A stretch of 64,000 nucleotides of DNA from an uncultured Clostridia bacterium. GTDB taxonomy: Bacteria; Bacillota; Clostridia; Christensenellales; UBA1242. The notes below the pieces were generated by a model. That model saw nothing but the letters and a program-made list of their open reading frames with translations, ran no database searches and had not been told where the DNA came from. A program made the translations under genes and the position numbers. The stretch lies in assembly GCA_944362545.1 (NCBI GenBank), contig CALVTJ010000001.1:128500-192499 (forward strand), in the 5' to 3' direction. Shown here in pieces: positions 45,501 to 52,623 of the stretch (position 1 is its first letter; each line of letters begins with the position of its first letter).

Positions 45501-46757
45501 GCTGTTGTTCAACTTTTGAAGAAACTTATCAAAAACAGAAGAAACAAATCTTCAATCGGAATCATCACTTTCAACACCGAACAGGAAAATGCTATTGAAG
45601 ATGCCATTGACAGAGAATGTCAAAAAGATTCCGCCTTTCGTGATGCTTACATAAGAGAGCAAAACCGAAAAGAGAACAATGAAGACACATCAATCTTTAT
45701 CAAAAACCTTGAAAATGTGCAAGGAGATGAAAGGGATATCATCATTTTCAGCATTGGATATGCAAGAAATGAATATGGAAAAGTTGTTGCTCATTTTGGA
45801 CCACTTTCTGCCGAAGGTGGAGAAAACCGCTTGAATGTCGCTATCACCAGAGCGAAAGAAAAGATTTATGTTGTCACCAGCATTGAACCGGAAGAACTTG
45901 CCGTTGAAGGAACAAAAAATGCAGGACCAAAGATTTTCAAGAGTTATTTAAAATATGTCAGAGCGGTTTCAAACAAGAAAAACAAAGAAGCGCAATTCAT
46001 CTTGGATTCCTTCAAACCTGCACTTCCACAGACAACCGATGAGGTTGTCATAAACCAACTTGAAGAAGACATCAAAGAAGAACTTGTCAAACTAGGTTAT
46101 GACGTGGAAACAAATCTTGGAAACACAAACTACAAACTTTCGCTTGCAGTTTATGACAAGAAGATTGACAGATATCTGCTTGGCATTGAGTGTGACTATG
46201 CCGCTTACAAGAGCAGTGATTCTATTTTGGAAAGAGATGTCTATAGAAATAAATTTTTGCAATCACGTGGTTGGGACATCATGAGAGTTTGGAGTCGCGA
46301 TTGGTGGCTTGACAAAGACAAAGTGATAAGAAACATTGTCAAAGCCATAAATGCCAACAAAAAGAAATTTGAAGAGGGGAGAAAAACAAACGACACAAAA
46401 ATTGTTTTGACAAAAAATGAGACATCAAAAACTTCAACCGAAACAAAACCGACCAATTCAAATGTTTTAAGTTCTGCAAAAGAGAAAAAAAACAAAACGA
46501 CTGCAAACAAAAAGGCTGGCAAAGCACAAACAAAAGTGAAAGAAAAATCAACTGTGACAAAAGTAAAAAGTGTGGCAAAAATTCCAGCGAAAAAAGAAAC
46601 AAAGACCACTTTAAAGACAAGCACAAAACCTGTCACAAAGAAAGCCAGTCAGCCAAAATCTACAGGAACGAAAAAATCGACAAACACAAATAAAACAAAA
46701 CCGATAAAGAAAGTTGTAAGAAAAACGACCAAACTCACATCGAAGAAAACAAAATAA
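42570..46757 (+). CDS. Upf1/DNA2-like SF1 helicase (DUF4011 / AAA_11 / AAA_12 architecture) fused to a PD-(D/E)xK-like nuclease domain and a Lys-rich tail
   Basis: Walker A is VIYGPPGTGKSQTIVN and Walker B is LILFDEASQV. Further helicase motifs are VVAGDSKQLRP, LTYHYRSRNEELIDFSN, VQGDERDIIIFS and GENRLNVAITRAKEKIYVV. The C-terminal segment GYDVETNLG...LLGIECDYAAYKSS...RGWDIMRVWSRDWW resembles DUF559/Vsr-like endonuclease domains. The last ~125 aa are a K/T-rich low-complexity region. Confidence 0.8.
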   Translation: MASIYKYYKERLIEISGKNRSLYSKNISKKYSYDIGEIIGKDSDEIDEFLSFLWKGKRTSYALIKKENKEKLYQTFDLEGRIKNSFNDTSNMSAEDKRNENLRRERLKREEGKKIISSQVSALKTLKREIEEFAKETGRYELFIGYPFVTGILNRDVTVKAPLILFPVVINIESDTTVSVSLKTDELVQFNKVLLLAYAKEHRLNYDGMMMEFDNLMDYKLKNINDVLDYLSAYGFKFELGSRFDKGFVKFADLKETNFRFGELKVSNACVIGRFPLANAIYNDYSLLEKRHLSSMAIEQLLQGKDAKKNKKFDTRLYTINDLDYAQENAIEKLNEFGNMVIYGPPGTGKSQTIVNIISDALCKNKRVLVVSQKKAALDVVFNRLQNLNSKCMFITDAEKNKIAFYERCNQMHQAVLNGGKSEENYQSFDEVEANIAKEVKELEIISNTLFTKTPFGLSLQEMYTNSAKIGKHSSDYELYKLMLKNKNLMAMNYKTLSSTLRLIKEKHKHQLYYRYIQLKKANPLVDHIKPNVEIHVINQMKTYLREVIQRNIVPFDTAKHQHARQLLIYMTENNVEDAKQMKPLIKMIATVENKKLYESLKWSKVAFVAYPFVKQQTNKKEKEIEEKLQDTMSEIKNYISQYSLLDKVLDQKGYLMAMDNIINGNSIFLKMLLNALGDYIEIRDINVALQGLTDEERVVLNFAYENTKSAKQYRDVIDKLLQIRVYHEAIKYEEENKEKLSKILDFENVRNRILSLKKEEKEISRNICLAKFKDDYIEHYTTSSESKNYLYQISKQQGLLPIRKMLDLYSDFLLKLFPCWLLSPESVSTIFPLKKEMFDLILFDEASQVFIENTLPTIYRGKHIVVAGDSKQLRPTATFVKRYLGNDSDEEMDLATQAALEVESLLDLATSRFNSTNLTYHYRSRNEELIDFSNYAFYDGKLQIAPNVTKNIGNKPIERIKVNGKWLGRRNDEEANAVVQLLKKLIKNRRNKSSIGIITFNTEQENAIEDAIDRECQKDSAFRDAYIREQNRKENNEDTSIFIKNLENVQGDERDIIIFSIGYARNEYGKVVAHFGPLSAEGGENRLNVAITRAKEKIYVVTSIEPEELAVEGTKNAGPKIFKSYLKYVRAVSNKKNKEAQFILDSFKPALPQTTDEVVINQLEEDIKEELVKLGYDVETNLGNTNYKLSLAVYDKKIDRYLLGIECDYAAYKSSDSILERDVYRNKFLQSRGWDIMRVWSRDWWLDKDKVIRNIVKAINANKKKFEEGRKTNDTKIVLTKNETSKTSTETKPTNSNVLSSAKEKKNKTTANKKAGKAQTKVKEKSTVTKVKSVAKIPAKKETKTTLKTSTKPVTKKASQPKSTGTKKSTNTNKTKPIKKVVRKTTKLTSKKTK

Positions 46758-46780
46758 GTTTTGTCTGCAATGAAAAAACA

Positions 46781-46808
46781 AAAGATAGTGTTTTTCACTA
46801 TCTTTTTT
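46781..46808 (+). terminator. intrinsic terminator (AGATAGTG stem family)
   Basis: aaAGATAGTG ttttt CACTATCTttttttt. Confidence 0.7.
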
Positions 46809-46875
46809 TACGTTAAAAATGGAACAGCAAAGATTTTAATAAAAAAGATTTTTGTTTGAAAATGTTTAAATTTAT

Positions 46876-46906
46876 TTGACTTGGAGTTTACTCCAACATA
46901 TATAAT
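46876..46906 (+). promoter_or_regulatory. promoter with an internal 7-2-7 dyad (possible MerR-type operator)
   Basis: TTGACT (46876-46881), the dyad TTGGAGT-tt-ACTCCAA (46881-46896), then TATATAAT. TATAAT at 46901-46906 gives a 19-nt spacer; TATATA at 46899-46904 gives a 17-nt spacer. Confidence 0.5.
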
Positions 46907-46934
46907 ATAGTCGTGAAAATTTAAGGAGGGATTT

Positions 46935-47666
46935 ATGAAAAAACAAACTGCGGGAAGAAAAAATCTTGGAGATTTAGTACCAAAGTTTGCCGAACTTAAC
47001 GATGATGTTTTGTTTGGACAGGTTTGGTCAAGAGACAAACAGTTATCTCTTAAAAGTCGAAGCATGATAACCATCACCACCCTTATGGCAAAGGGAATTT
47101 TTGACAATTCTCTCAAATCACACATTGCCATGGGCAGAGCAAATGGCATCACGAAAGAAGAAATGGTGGAACTTGTCACTCATGTGGCATTTTATGCCGG
47201 CTGGCCAAATGCGTGGGCAGTTTTTCCACTTGTCAGAGAAGTTTATGCAGATGAAACAAACACAAGCGAAAGCGATTTTTCTCCACTTTTTGGCAAGGGA
47301 GAACTTAATAGCGCGTATGCAAAATACTTTATTGGAAACAGTTATCTCAAACCGCTGACAAGTCAAGGAGTGTCAATTGCGAATGTCACATTTGAGCCGG
47401 GTTGTCGAAACAATTGGCACATCCATCACAAAGGCGGACAGATTTTGCTTTGCACAGATGGTGAAGGCTGGTATCAAGAATGGAAAAAGAAACCACAAGC
47501 GTTGAAACCAGGAGATGTCGTTTACATTGCGCCAGAAGTGAAACATTGGCATGGAGCAAAAAAGGATAAATGGTTTGCGCACGTTGCCATTGAAGTACCG
47601 GCAAAAGGACAAAGCAACGAGTGGCTGGAAGAAGTCAGCGACAAGGAATACAACAAATTGAAATAG
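46935..47666 (+). CDS. carboxymuconolactone decarboxylase-family (CMD/AhpD-like) domain fused to a cupin domain
   Basis: The N-terminal half (SLKSRSMITITTLMAKG...ITKEEMVELVTHVAFYAGWPNAW) is CMD-like. The C-terminal half (VTFEPGCRNNWHIHHKGGQILLCTDGEGW...PGDVVYIAPEVKHWHGA) is a cupin. The SD sequence is AAGGAGGG. Confidence 0.75.
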   Translation: MKKQTAGRKNLGDLVPKFAELNDDVLFGQVWSRDKQLSLKSRSMITITTLMAKGIFDNSLKSHIAMGRANGITKEEMVELVTHVAFYAGWPNAWAVFPLVREVYADETNTSESDFSPLFGKGELNSAYAKYFIGNSYLKPLTSQGVSIANVTFEPGCRNNWHIHHKGGQILLCTDGEGWYQEWKKKPQALKPGDVVYIAPEVKHWHGAKKDKWFAHVAIEVPAKGQSNEWLEEVSDKEYNKLK

Positions 47667-47791
47667 AAGTATGTAGCCCTAGTGTATATGATAATAAACA
47701 GGCAAAAGTAGACAAAAAATAAACAGCGATAAGCTGTTTGTTTTTTGTATAAAAGAAAACAAAAAATTCAAGTCGATAAAATGAATTTTGA

Positions 47792-47881
47792 TGGCGGAGG
47801 ACACAGGATTCGAACCTGCGGATGCTGTTAAACATCAACGGTTTTCAAGACCGCCGCTTTAAACCGCTCAGCCAATCCTCC
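47792..47881 (-). tRNA. tRNA-Ser (anticodon UGA), CCA encoded
   Basis: The reverse complement is GGAGGATTGGCTGAGCGGTTTAAAGCGGCGGTCTTGAAAACCGTTGATGTTTAACAGCATCCGCAGGTTCGAATCCTGTGTCCTCCGCCA. It folds into a cloverleaf with anticodon loop CT-TGA-AA, a long variable arm and a GTTCGAATC T-loop. Confidence 0.9.
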
Positions 47882-48071
47882 ATATTTTGACAAACCTTTG
47901 TTTAAGTTTGCAATGTTATTATACACATTTCCTCCATCTTTTTCAACTGTTTTTGCAATTTTTTTTATTTTTGACACAAATATTATTTATATCACATTTT
48001 TTGTAATATTTGCTTTGATTTTTGCTATTGTTAGTGTTATGATAGAAACATCAAAAGATAAGGAAGTTTTT

Positions 48072-48896
48072 ATGCAAGAGTTTTTTAAGTGGACAGCGTG
48101 GGAAATGACTCCGCCACAGTCTTATGGCTTATTTCACATTTTATTTGTTGTCATTGGAGGAATTGTTGCCGTGCTTTTGGCATGGTTTTTGCGTAGGGCA
48201 AATGACAAGCAGAACAAAATCATTTTAGGTGTTGCTGGCGGATTTTTAATTTTAACTGAACTTTATAAACAATTGTTTTATTTTTATGTTGTCAAAGATT
48301 GCGAATATAGTTGGTGGATTTTTCCTTTTCAACTTTGTTCTGTTCCGATGTATCTTTGTATTTTGTGCCTGTTCATCAAGAACGAAAAAGTGCTTAATTA
48401 TATCTACAACTTTATGTTTGCCTTCAACTTCTTTGGCGGAGCAATCTCATTTGCCGAACCTAGTGGACTTAATCATTCATATTGGACGTTAACTCTCCAC
48501 GCATACACTTGGCATATGATTTTGGTGTTTATCGGTCTTTATCTGTTTTTCAGTGGTCGCGCCGGACAGAATTGGTATGACTTTTTTAAAGGCGTTGTGG
48601 TGTTTTTAATTTGTTGTTGTGTGGCACAAATTTTCAATGTTGCATTGAAAGACAAAGGCGGAGTTAATATGTTTTATATCTCGCCTTATGTCAACAGCCC
48701 AATCTTCTTCTTTGACAATTTCAATCGACAATATGGTTGGTTTGCAAACATGTGTTTATATCTTACCGCAATAATTTTGGGAGCGGGAATAATGTATTAT
48801 GCTTTTTGGGGAATTCGTGAGTTAATAAGAAAAAATCGAAGAAAATCTGATGATTCCACTGATATGATTTTGAAGATTGTCAAGACCGATATTTAA
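48072..48896 (+). CDS. polytopic integral membrane protein (possibly YwaF/TIGR02206-like)
   Basis: The start is trimmed to an ATG preceded by AAGGAAG. About seven hydrophobic helices are present. The family assignment is tentative and rests on overall layout only. Confidence 0.5.
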   Translation: MQEFFKWTAWEMTPPQSYGLFHILFVVIGGIVAVLLAWFLRRANDKQNKIILGVAGGFLILTELYKQLFYFYVVKDCEYSWWIFPFQLCSVPMYLCILCLFIKNEKVLNYIYNFMFAFNFFGGAISFAEPSGLNHSYWTLTLHAYTWHMILVFIGLYLFFSGRAGQNWYDFFKGVVVFLICCCVAQIFNVALKDKGGVNMFYISPYVNSPIFFFDNFNRQYGWFANMCLYLTAIILGAGIMYYAFWGIRELIRKNRRKSDDSTDMILKIVKTDI

Positions 48897-48902
48897 GAAT
48901 AA

Positions 48903-48934
48903 AAAAGATAGTGAAAATGCTCACTATCTTTTTT
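48903..48934 (+). terminator. intrinsic terminator (AGATAGTG stem family)
   Basis: aaaAGATAGTGA aaatgc TCACTATCTtttt. Confidence 0.7.
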
Positions 48935-49009
48935 ATTGTTTTAAAATGATAGATGTGTGGAACTGTATATTTTTGTGGTTTTTGGAAAGAGTAATTTGTG
49001 GAGGAAACT

Positions 49010-50281
49010 ATGAAATTTAACCCTTTTCTTGAAAAACCAAAAAAACTTGAATCATGTATAATGAGTTGGAAAGATTTGGCACAAAAACCTTATGACAAAC
49101 TTGAGTGCAGTCCATATACGCGTGTTAGGTGCATTTTGATGAATGGAACAGAATATGAGTCTGTTTGGTTTGGTCATCAATTTCACAGACATTGCAACGA
49201 CAACGATTTGCGTCGAACAATCGCCATGGTCAGACGCAGTGAACAGCAACAGCAAAAGTTGATTGCGGGACTCAAACCAGTGAATGAAAATCTTTTGGAG
49301 ACAACAATCGGTTATGAACAGTTAGCGGTGGATTTGACAGCTTTTTTGGCACAGAAAGTCAAAGATAAAACTGTCAAAGACGCACTTGATTTTGCCCTTC
49401 TTGAAGATTTTGACCATCTTTATCGTTATGCCAATCTGCTTGAAAGTGACATGGGCGCAAAGGCAGAAGATTATGTTGGAGATTACACGGAAATCACACC
49501 CGCCCGCCCAACCGTTTCACATCATCGACATCCCTATGAAGAAGTGAAACCGCACATCGACAACAAAAAGGCCGATCTTTTCACAAAGTGTGCAGTAAAC
49601 ATCATTACCGCGGCTGAACAGCAGACAATGAACTATTATATGAACCTTGGCGCATTTTACAAAAACCAAAAAGGCAGAGAACTTTACACAGAAATTGCTA
49701 TGGTGGAAGAACAGCACGTGTCACAATATGGCAGTTTAATTGATCCAAATGCGACATGGTTTGAGATGTGTCTTATGCACGAGTATGTGGAATGTTATCT
49801 TTACTATTCCATGATGTGCGATGAAAGTGACAAGAGAATCAAAGGCATTTGGGAGATGTTGTTGGAACAGGAAATTGCCCACCTTCATGCATCGGTTAAA
49901 AACTTGCAAAAGTATGAAAAGAAAGATTGGCAAGAAGTGATACCGGGCGGAGAATTCCCAGAACTTATCTCTCTCAAATCCAACACTGAATACATCCGAA
50001 AGATCTTGAAAAACACTGTGGAAAACACGGCATATAGAGAAGGATATATAAATATCAATGATGTGCCAGATGATGCAAACTTTTTTAAATATCAAAACAA
50101 AATTCAAAAGAAGGTCGAAGAGAATGCCAGCCACAAGGTCATTGTGGAACACATCAACAAGTTTGGCCAGGATTATCGTTTTGAAGTCAAGGAAAATCCG
50201 GTTAAGGAATTGCAGTCACGCCAAGAAGACAACATCACCCTTGGCAGAGTTAAGAAAAGCCAACTTAAACAATCAAGATAG
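49010..50281 (+). CDS. ferritin-like (di-iron carboxylate-type) domain protein, 423 aa
   Basis: The ATG is preceded by GGAGGA. Candidate metal ligands occur in helix-like contexts (ITAAEQQTMNYY...MVEEQHVSQYG...LLEQEIAHLH), including two ExxH motifs. I cannot name a precise family. Confidence 0.5.
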   Translation: MKFNPFLEKPKKLESCIMSWKDLAQKPYDKLECSPYTRVRCILMNGTEYESVWFGHQFHRHCNDNDLRRTIAMVRRSEQQQQKLIAGLKPVNENLLETTIGYEQLAVDLTAFLAQKVKDKTVKDALDFALLEDFDHLYRYANLLESDMGAKAEDYVGDYTEITPARPTVSHHRHPYEEVKPHIDNKKADLFTKCAVNIITAAEQQTMNYYMNLGAFYKNQKGRELYTEIAMVEEQHVSQYGSLIDPNATWFEMCLMHEYVECYLYYSMMCDESDKRIKGIWEMLLEQEIAHLHASVKNLQKYEKKDWQEVIPGGEFPELISLKSNTEYIRKILKNTVENTAYREGYININDVPDDANFFKYQNKIQKKVEENASHKVIVEHINKFGQDYRFEVKENPVKELQSRQEDNITLGRVKKSQLKQSR

Positions 50282-50290
50282 AGTGATTAA

Positions 50291-50326
50291 AAGAAGATGG
50301 GGCTTTTGCCTTCCATCTTTTTTTTG
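50291..50326. terminator. intrinsic terminator between convergent genes
   Basis: aagaagatggggc tttt gccttccatcttttttt. Confidence 0.6.
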
Positions 50327-50349
50327 ACTAAATTTTTTTGATTGTGGCA

Positions 50350-50901
50350 TTAAGAATTGTTTTTGCAGAATTTTTGATATTCCGCCCAAATCTCATCAGC
50401 AAGAGTTTGTGGACTTTTGTCAAAACTGTCAATGACAAAATCAAATTTTGTAAGGTCGGTGTTGTCAATGCCATAGATTTTTTTGTAGCGCTCATTTTCA
50501 AGATTTTCTCTTGAAAGCACCGCTCTTTTTGCCTCTTCAAATGAAGGATAATCTTTTAACCCTTCTCTGTCAATCAAGCGTTTTGCCATTTCATCATCGT
50601 TTAAGTTGACAAACACTTTGAATGATTTTGGAACAAAATACCATGCAAGTCGGCTGTCGAAGATATAGTTTTGTCCCTCAAATTTTTTGCCAAGTTCTGC
50701 CGTTTGACTGTCAAGCAATCTGTCAAGAGAGAAGTCGTTCATACACTTTCGATTTAACTCTTCCACTGTAAGCCCCTGTCTTTTTGCTTCTTCCTTAAAC
50801 ATATCGCCAACGCCGATTCTTTTGAAGTTGTGGTCCTTGACAATGATTTTGGCGATGGTAGACTTTCCACTGCATGGTTTTCCTGTTATGGTTATAATCA
50901 T
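50350..50901 (-). CDS. P-loop nucleotide kinase, cytidylate-kinase-like family
   Basis: The start is trimmed to an ATG preceded by AAAGGAG. The N-terminus is MIITITGKPCSGKSTIAKII (Walker A), and the protein has the ~183-aa length and layout of an archaeal-type CMP kinase-like protein. Confidence 0.6.
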   Translation of the reverse strand: MIITITGKPCSGKSTIAKIIVKDHNFKRIGVGDMFKEEAKRQGLTVEELNRKCMNDFSLDRLLDSQTAELGKKFEGQNYIFDSRLAWYFVPKSFKVFVNLNDDEMAKRLIDREGLKDYPSFEEAKRAVLSRENLENERYKKIYGIDNTDLTKFDFVIDSFDKSPQTLADEIWAEYQKFCKNNS

Positions 50902-51031
50902 AAAACTCCTTTTTTGTTGATTTATGATAGCACAAAAAGATTGCAAAACAAAACAAATCATGAAAAAAGATTGAAGTTTTTGAGCAAATGTGGTAAAGTA
51001 TAAAAAAGAAGAAAAGGAGAATAGAAAGAAA

Positions 51032-51877
51032 ATGCGTTCATGTGAAGGGACAGGAAAGACAATTGAACAGGCTATTGACAATGCGTTGTTTGAACTCAAA
51101 GCATCAAGAGAAGATGTTGACATCAAAATTTTAAGTCAGGGAGGATTTTTGAAAAAGGCAAAAGTGCTTGTGACAATTTCGCCGGATGCGGTTGAAAAAT
51201 ATGAGAAGAGAGAACAACTCAAAAAATCAATAACAGAAGAAGAAAACGATGAAGATTTTGCAGAAACATTTATAAAGCAAAAAATCAGCATCACAGAAGA
51301 ACCAAAGAAAGAAGAAAAAATTGAAAAAGAACAACCTGAAAAAGAAGAAAAAACAGAACCAAAGGTCAAAGTTTTCACTGATGAAGAGTATGTAGCATCT
51401 GTTTCAACACCAAAAGAAAAGAGAGAAAAGAAATTTTCTGGCGAAGAATTTTTGAATGGCGTTTTGAATGCTCTTGGGCTTGAAGGGAACATTGAAAAGG
51501 TCACAGATGAAAGGTTTGAAAGATACAAATTGACCGGAGATAACCTCAATGACTTGATTGGACATCACGGGGAAAGCATGCTTGCATTGTCATATCTTAT
51601 GAGTTTGGTTTGCAGAGCAGAAGACCACAAACGAGTGGTTTTGGATGTGGAAAATTATCGCGAAAAACGCGCAGAATCATTGTCAGCACTTGCAAAAAGG
51701 ATTGCTGACAAAGTGGCAAGGAGCGGAAGATATTACAAACTTGAACCAATGGATGCCAGTGAAAGAAAAGTTATTCACACGGCATTGCAAAATGATGAGA
51801 GAGTGACAACGATGAGCAAGGGTGAAGAACCGCATCGTTATCTGATTGTTTTTCCAAGAGAATATAAAGAAGACTAA
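51032..51877 (+). CDS. khpB: Jag/KhpB RNA-binding protein (Jag_N, KH and R3H domains)
   Basis: The Jag_N-like N-terminus is GKTIEQAIDNALFELKASREDVDIKIL. The R3H-like C-terminus is LEPMDASERKVIHTALQNDERVTTMSKGEEPHRYLIV. An acidic/Lys-rich linker joins them. Confidence 0.8.
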   Translation: MRSCEGTGKTIEQAIDNALFELKASREDVDIKILSQGGFLKKAKVLVTISPDAVEKYEKREQLKKSITEEENDEDFAETFIKQKISITEEPKKEEKIEKEQPEKEEKTEPKVKVFTDEEYVASVSTPKEKREKKFSGEEFLNGVLNALGLEGNIEKVTDERFERYKLTGDNLNDLIGHHGESMLALSYLMSLVCRAEDHKRVVLDVENYREKRAESLSALAKRIADKVARSGRYYKLEPMDASERKVIHTALQNDERVTTMSKGEEPHRYLIVFPREYKED

Positions 51878-51905
51878 AAGCATATCGCAAAGATATGCTT
51901 TTTTA
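51876..51905. terminator. bidirectional intrinsic terminator
   Basis: aaaagcatatc gcaaa gatatgcttttt, lying between convergent genes. Confidence 0.65.
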
Positions 51906-52541
51906 TAATGAAAGTTCGGATTTTTTCAAAGTTGTGGAAGAAAGACCGGATTTTCTTTCAGAAAAGGTTTGTTTTGTGGAAACAACATCTTCAATTTTGG
52001 AAGTTGTTTGAGTTTGTTTAGCAAAAGGGTTTTCCACAACATATATATCTTGCAAAAAATAGTCATAGCCCGCCTTGATGTATTTTGGAAGATAGCCATA
52101 TGTGTCCACATAATTTGAAAAACCTCGCTTGCCTGTCCAAAAAAGATTTCCTTTTAGCAAAAAATGTATGTCACGATATTTTCTGTCATAATAAAGTGCC
52201 ACAATCCACTCATTGTTTTTCAGAATTTTGTGTGGTGCCCATTTTTTGATGTTGATTCCGGTGGAACTAACAAAATTCAAAATTCGGTCACGAACATCAT
52301 CGATAGATTTGTCATTTTTATGTGAAAAGTTTGCAAGGGCATCGGCATCAAAAGTGTTGAACCGGCCCGTTAAGATTTGGTTGTTTTTAAGATTGAAAAA
52401 AGCGTGCTCAACACAATTTACCAAACTTCCATAACTAGTCTTAAGAATAGGATGAATCTTTTTGTAAGACTCATCTTTGCGCGATGGTGTATAGCCATCT
52501 ATGACAAACTTGTTCAGTTTTTCAACAGTTTCGCTTTTCAT
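51903..52541 (-). CDS. hypothetical protein (212 aa)
   Basis: A complete ORF with no signal peptide. The ATG lies 6 nt after a TATCAT box. The C-terminal ~40 aa are S/T/K-rich. Confidence 0.55.
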   Translation of the reverse strand: MKSETVEKLNKFVIDGYTPSRKDESYKKIHPILKTSYGSLVNCVEHAFFNLKNNQILTGRFNTFDADALANFSHKNDKSIDDVRDRILNFVSSTGINIKKWAPHKILKNNEWIVALYYDRKYRDIHFLLKGNLFWTGKRGFSNYVDTYGYLPKYIKAGYDYFLQDIYVVENPFAKQTQTTSKIEDVVSTKQTFSERKSGLSSTTLKKSELSL

Positions 52542-52547
52542 ATAGTT

Positions 52548-52576
52548 ATGATAACATCAATATTTTTGCTTGTCAA
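52548..52576 (-). promoter_or_regulatory. extended -10 promoter abutting the start codon of the 212-aa gene
   Basis: On the minus strand: TTGACA (52571-52576), a 17-nt spacer ending in TGt, TATCAT (52548-52553), 6 nt, then ATG (52541). Confidence 0.55.
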
Positions 52577-52587
52577 TAGTGATGTTG

Positions 52588-52616
52588 TTGCAATTTTGCA
52601 CACAATTTGCTATAAT
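52588..52616 (+). promoter_or_regulatory. promoter abutting the mnmE start codon
   Basis: TTGCAA (52588-52593), a 17-nt spacer, TATAAT (52611-52616), 7 nt, then ATG (52624). No SD sequence is present. Confidence 0.55.
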
Positions 52617-52623
52617 TTCGTGT

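Noticed and set aside
46808-47179. 123-aa minus-strand ORF overlapping the CMD-cupin gene start and its promoter.
   Set aside because: The plus-strand gene has a strong SD sequence and recognisable domains. The minus-strand ORF spans the terminator and promoter and is a shadow.
47898-48071. N-terminal extension of the membrane-protein ORF (the ORF track starts at 47898).
   Set aside because: The extension begins 16 nt from the tRNA-Ser gene, lacks an SD sequence, and looks like translated AT-rich promoter DNA. An internal ATG at 48072 has a good SD sequence. Similar trimming was applied to the ORF-track starts at 34681, 51126, 26914, 28090, 29872, 40307, 50990, 52570, 56633 and 62511.
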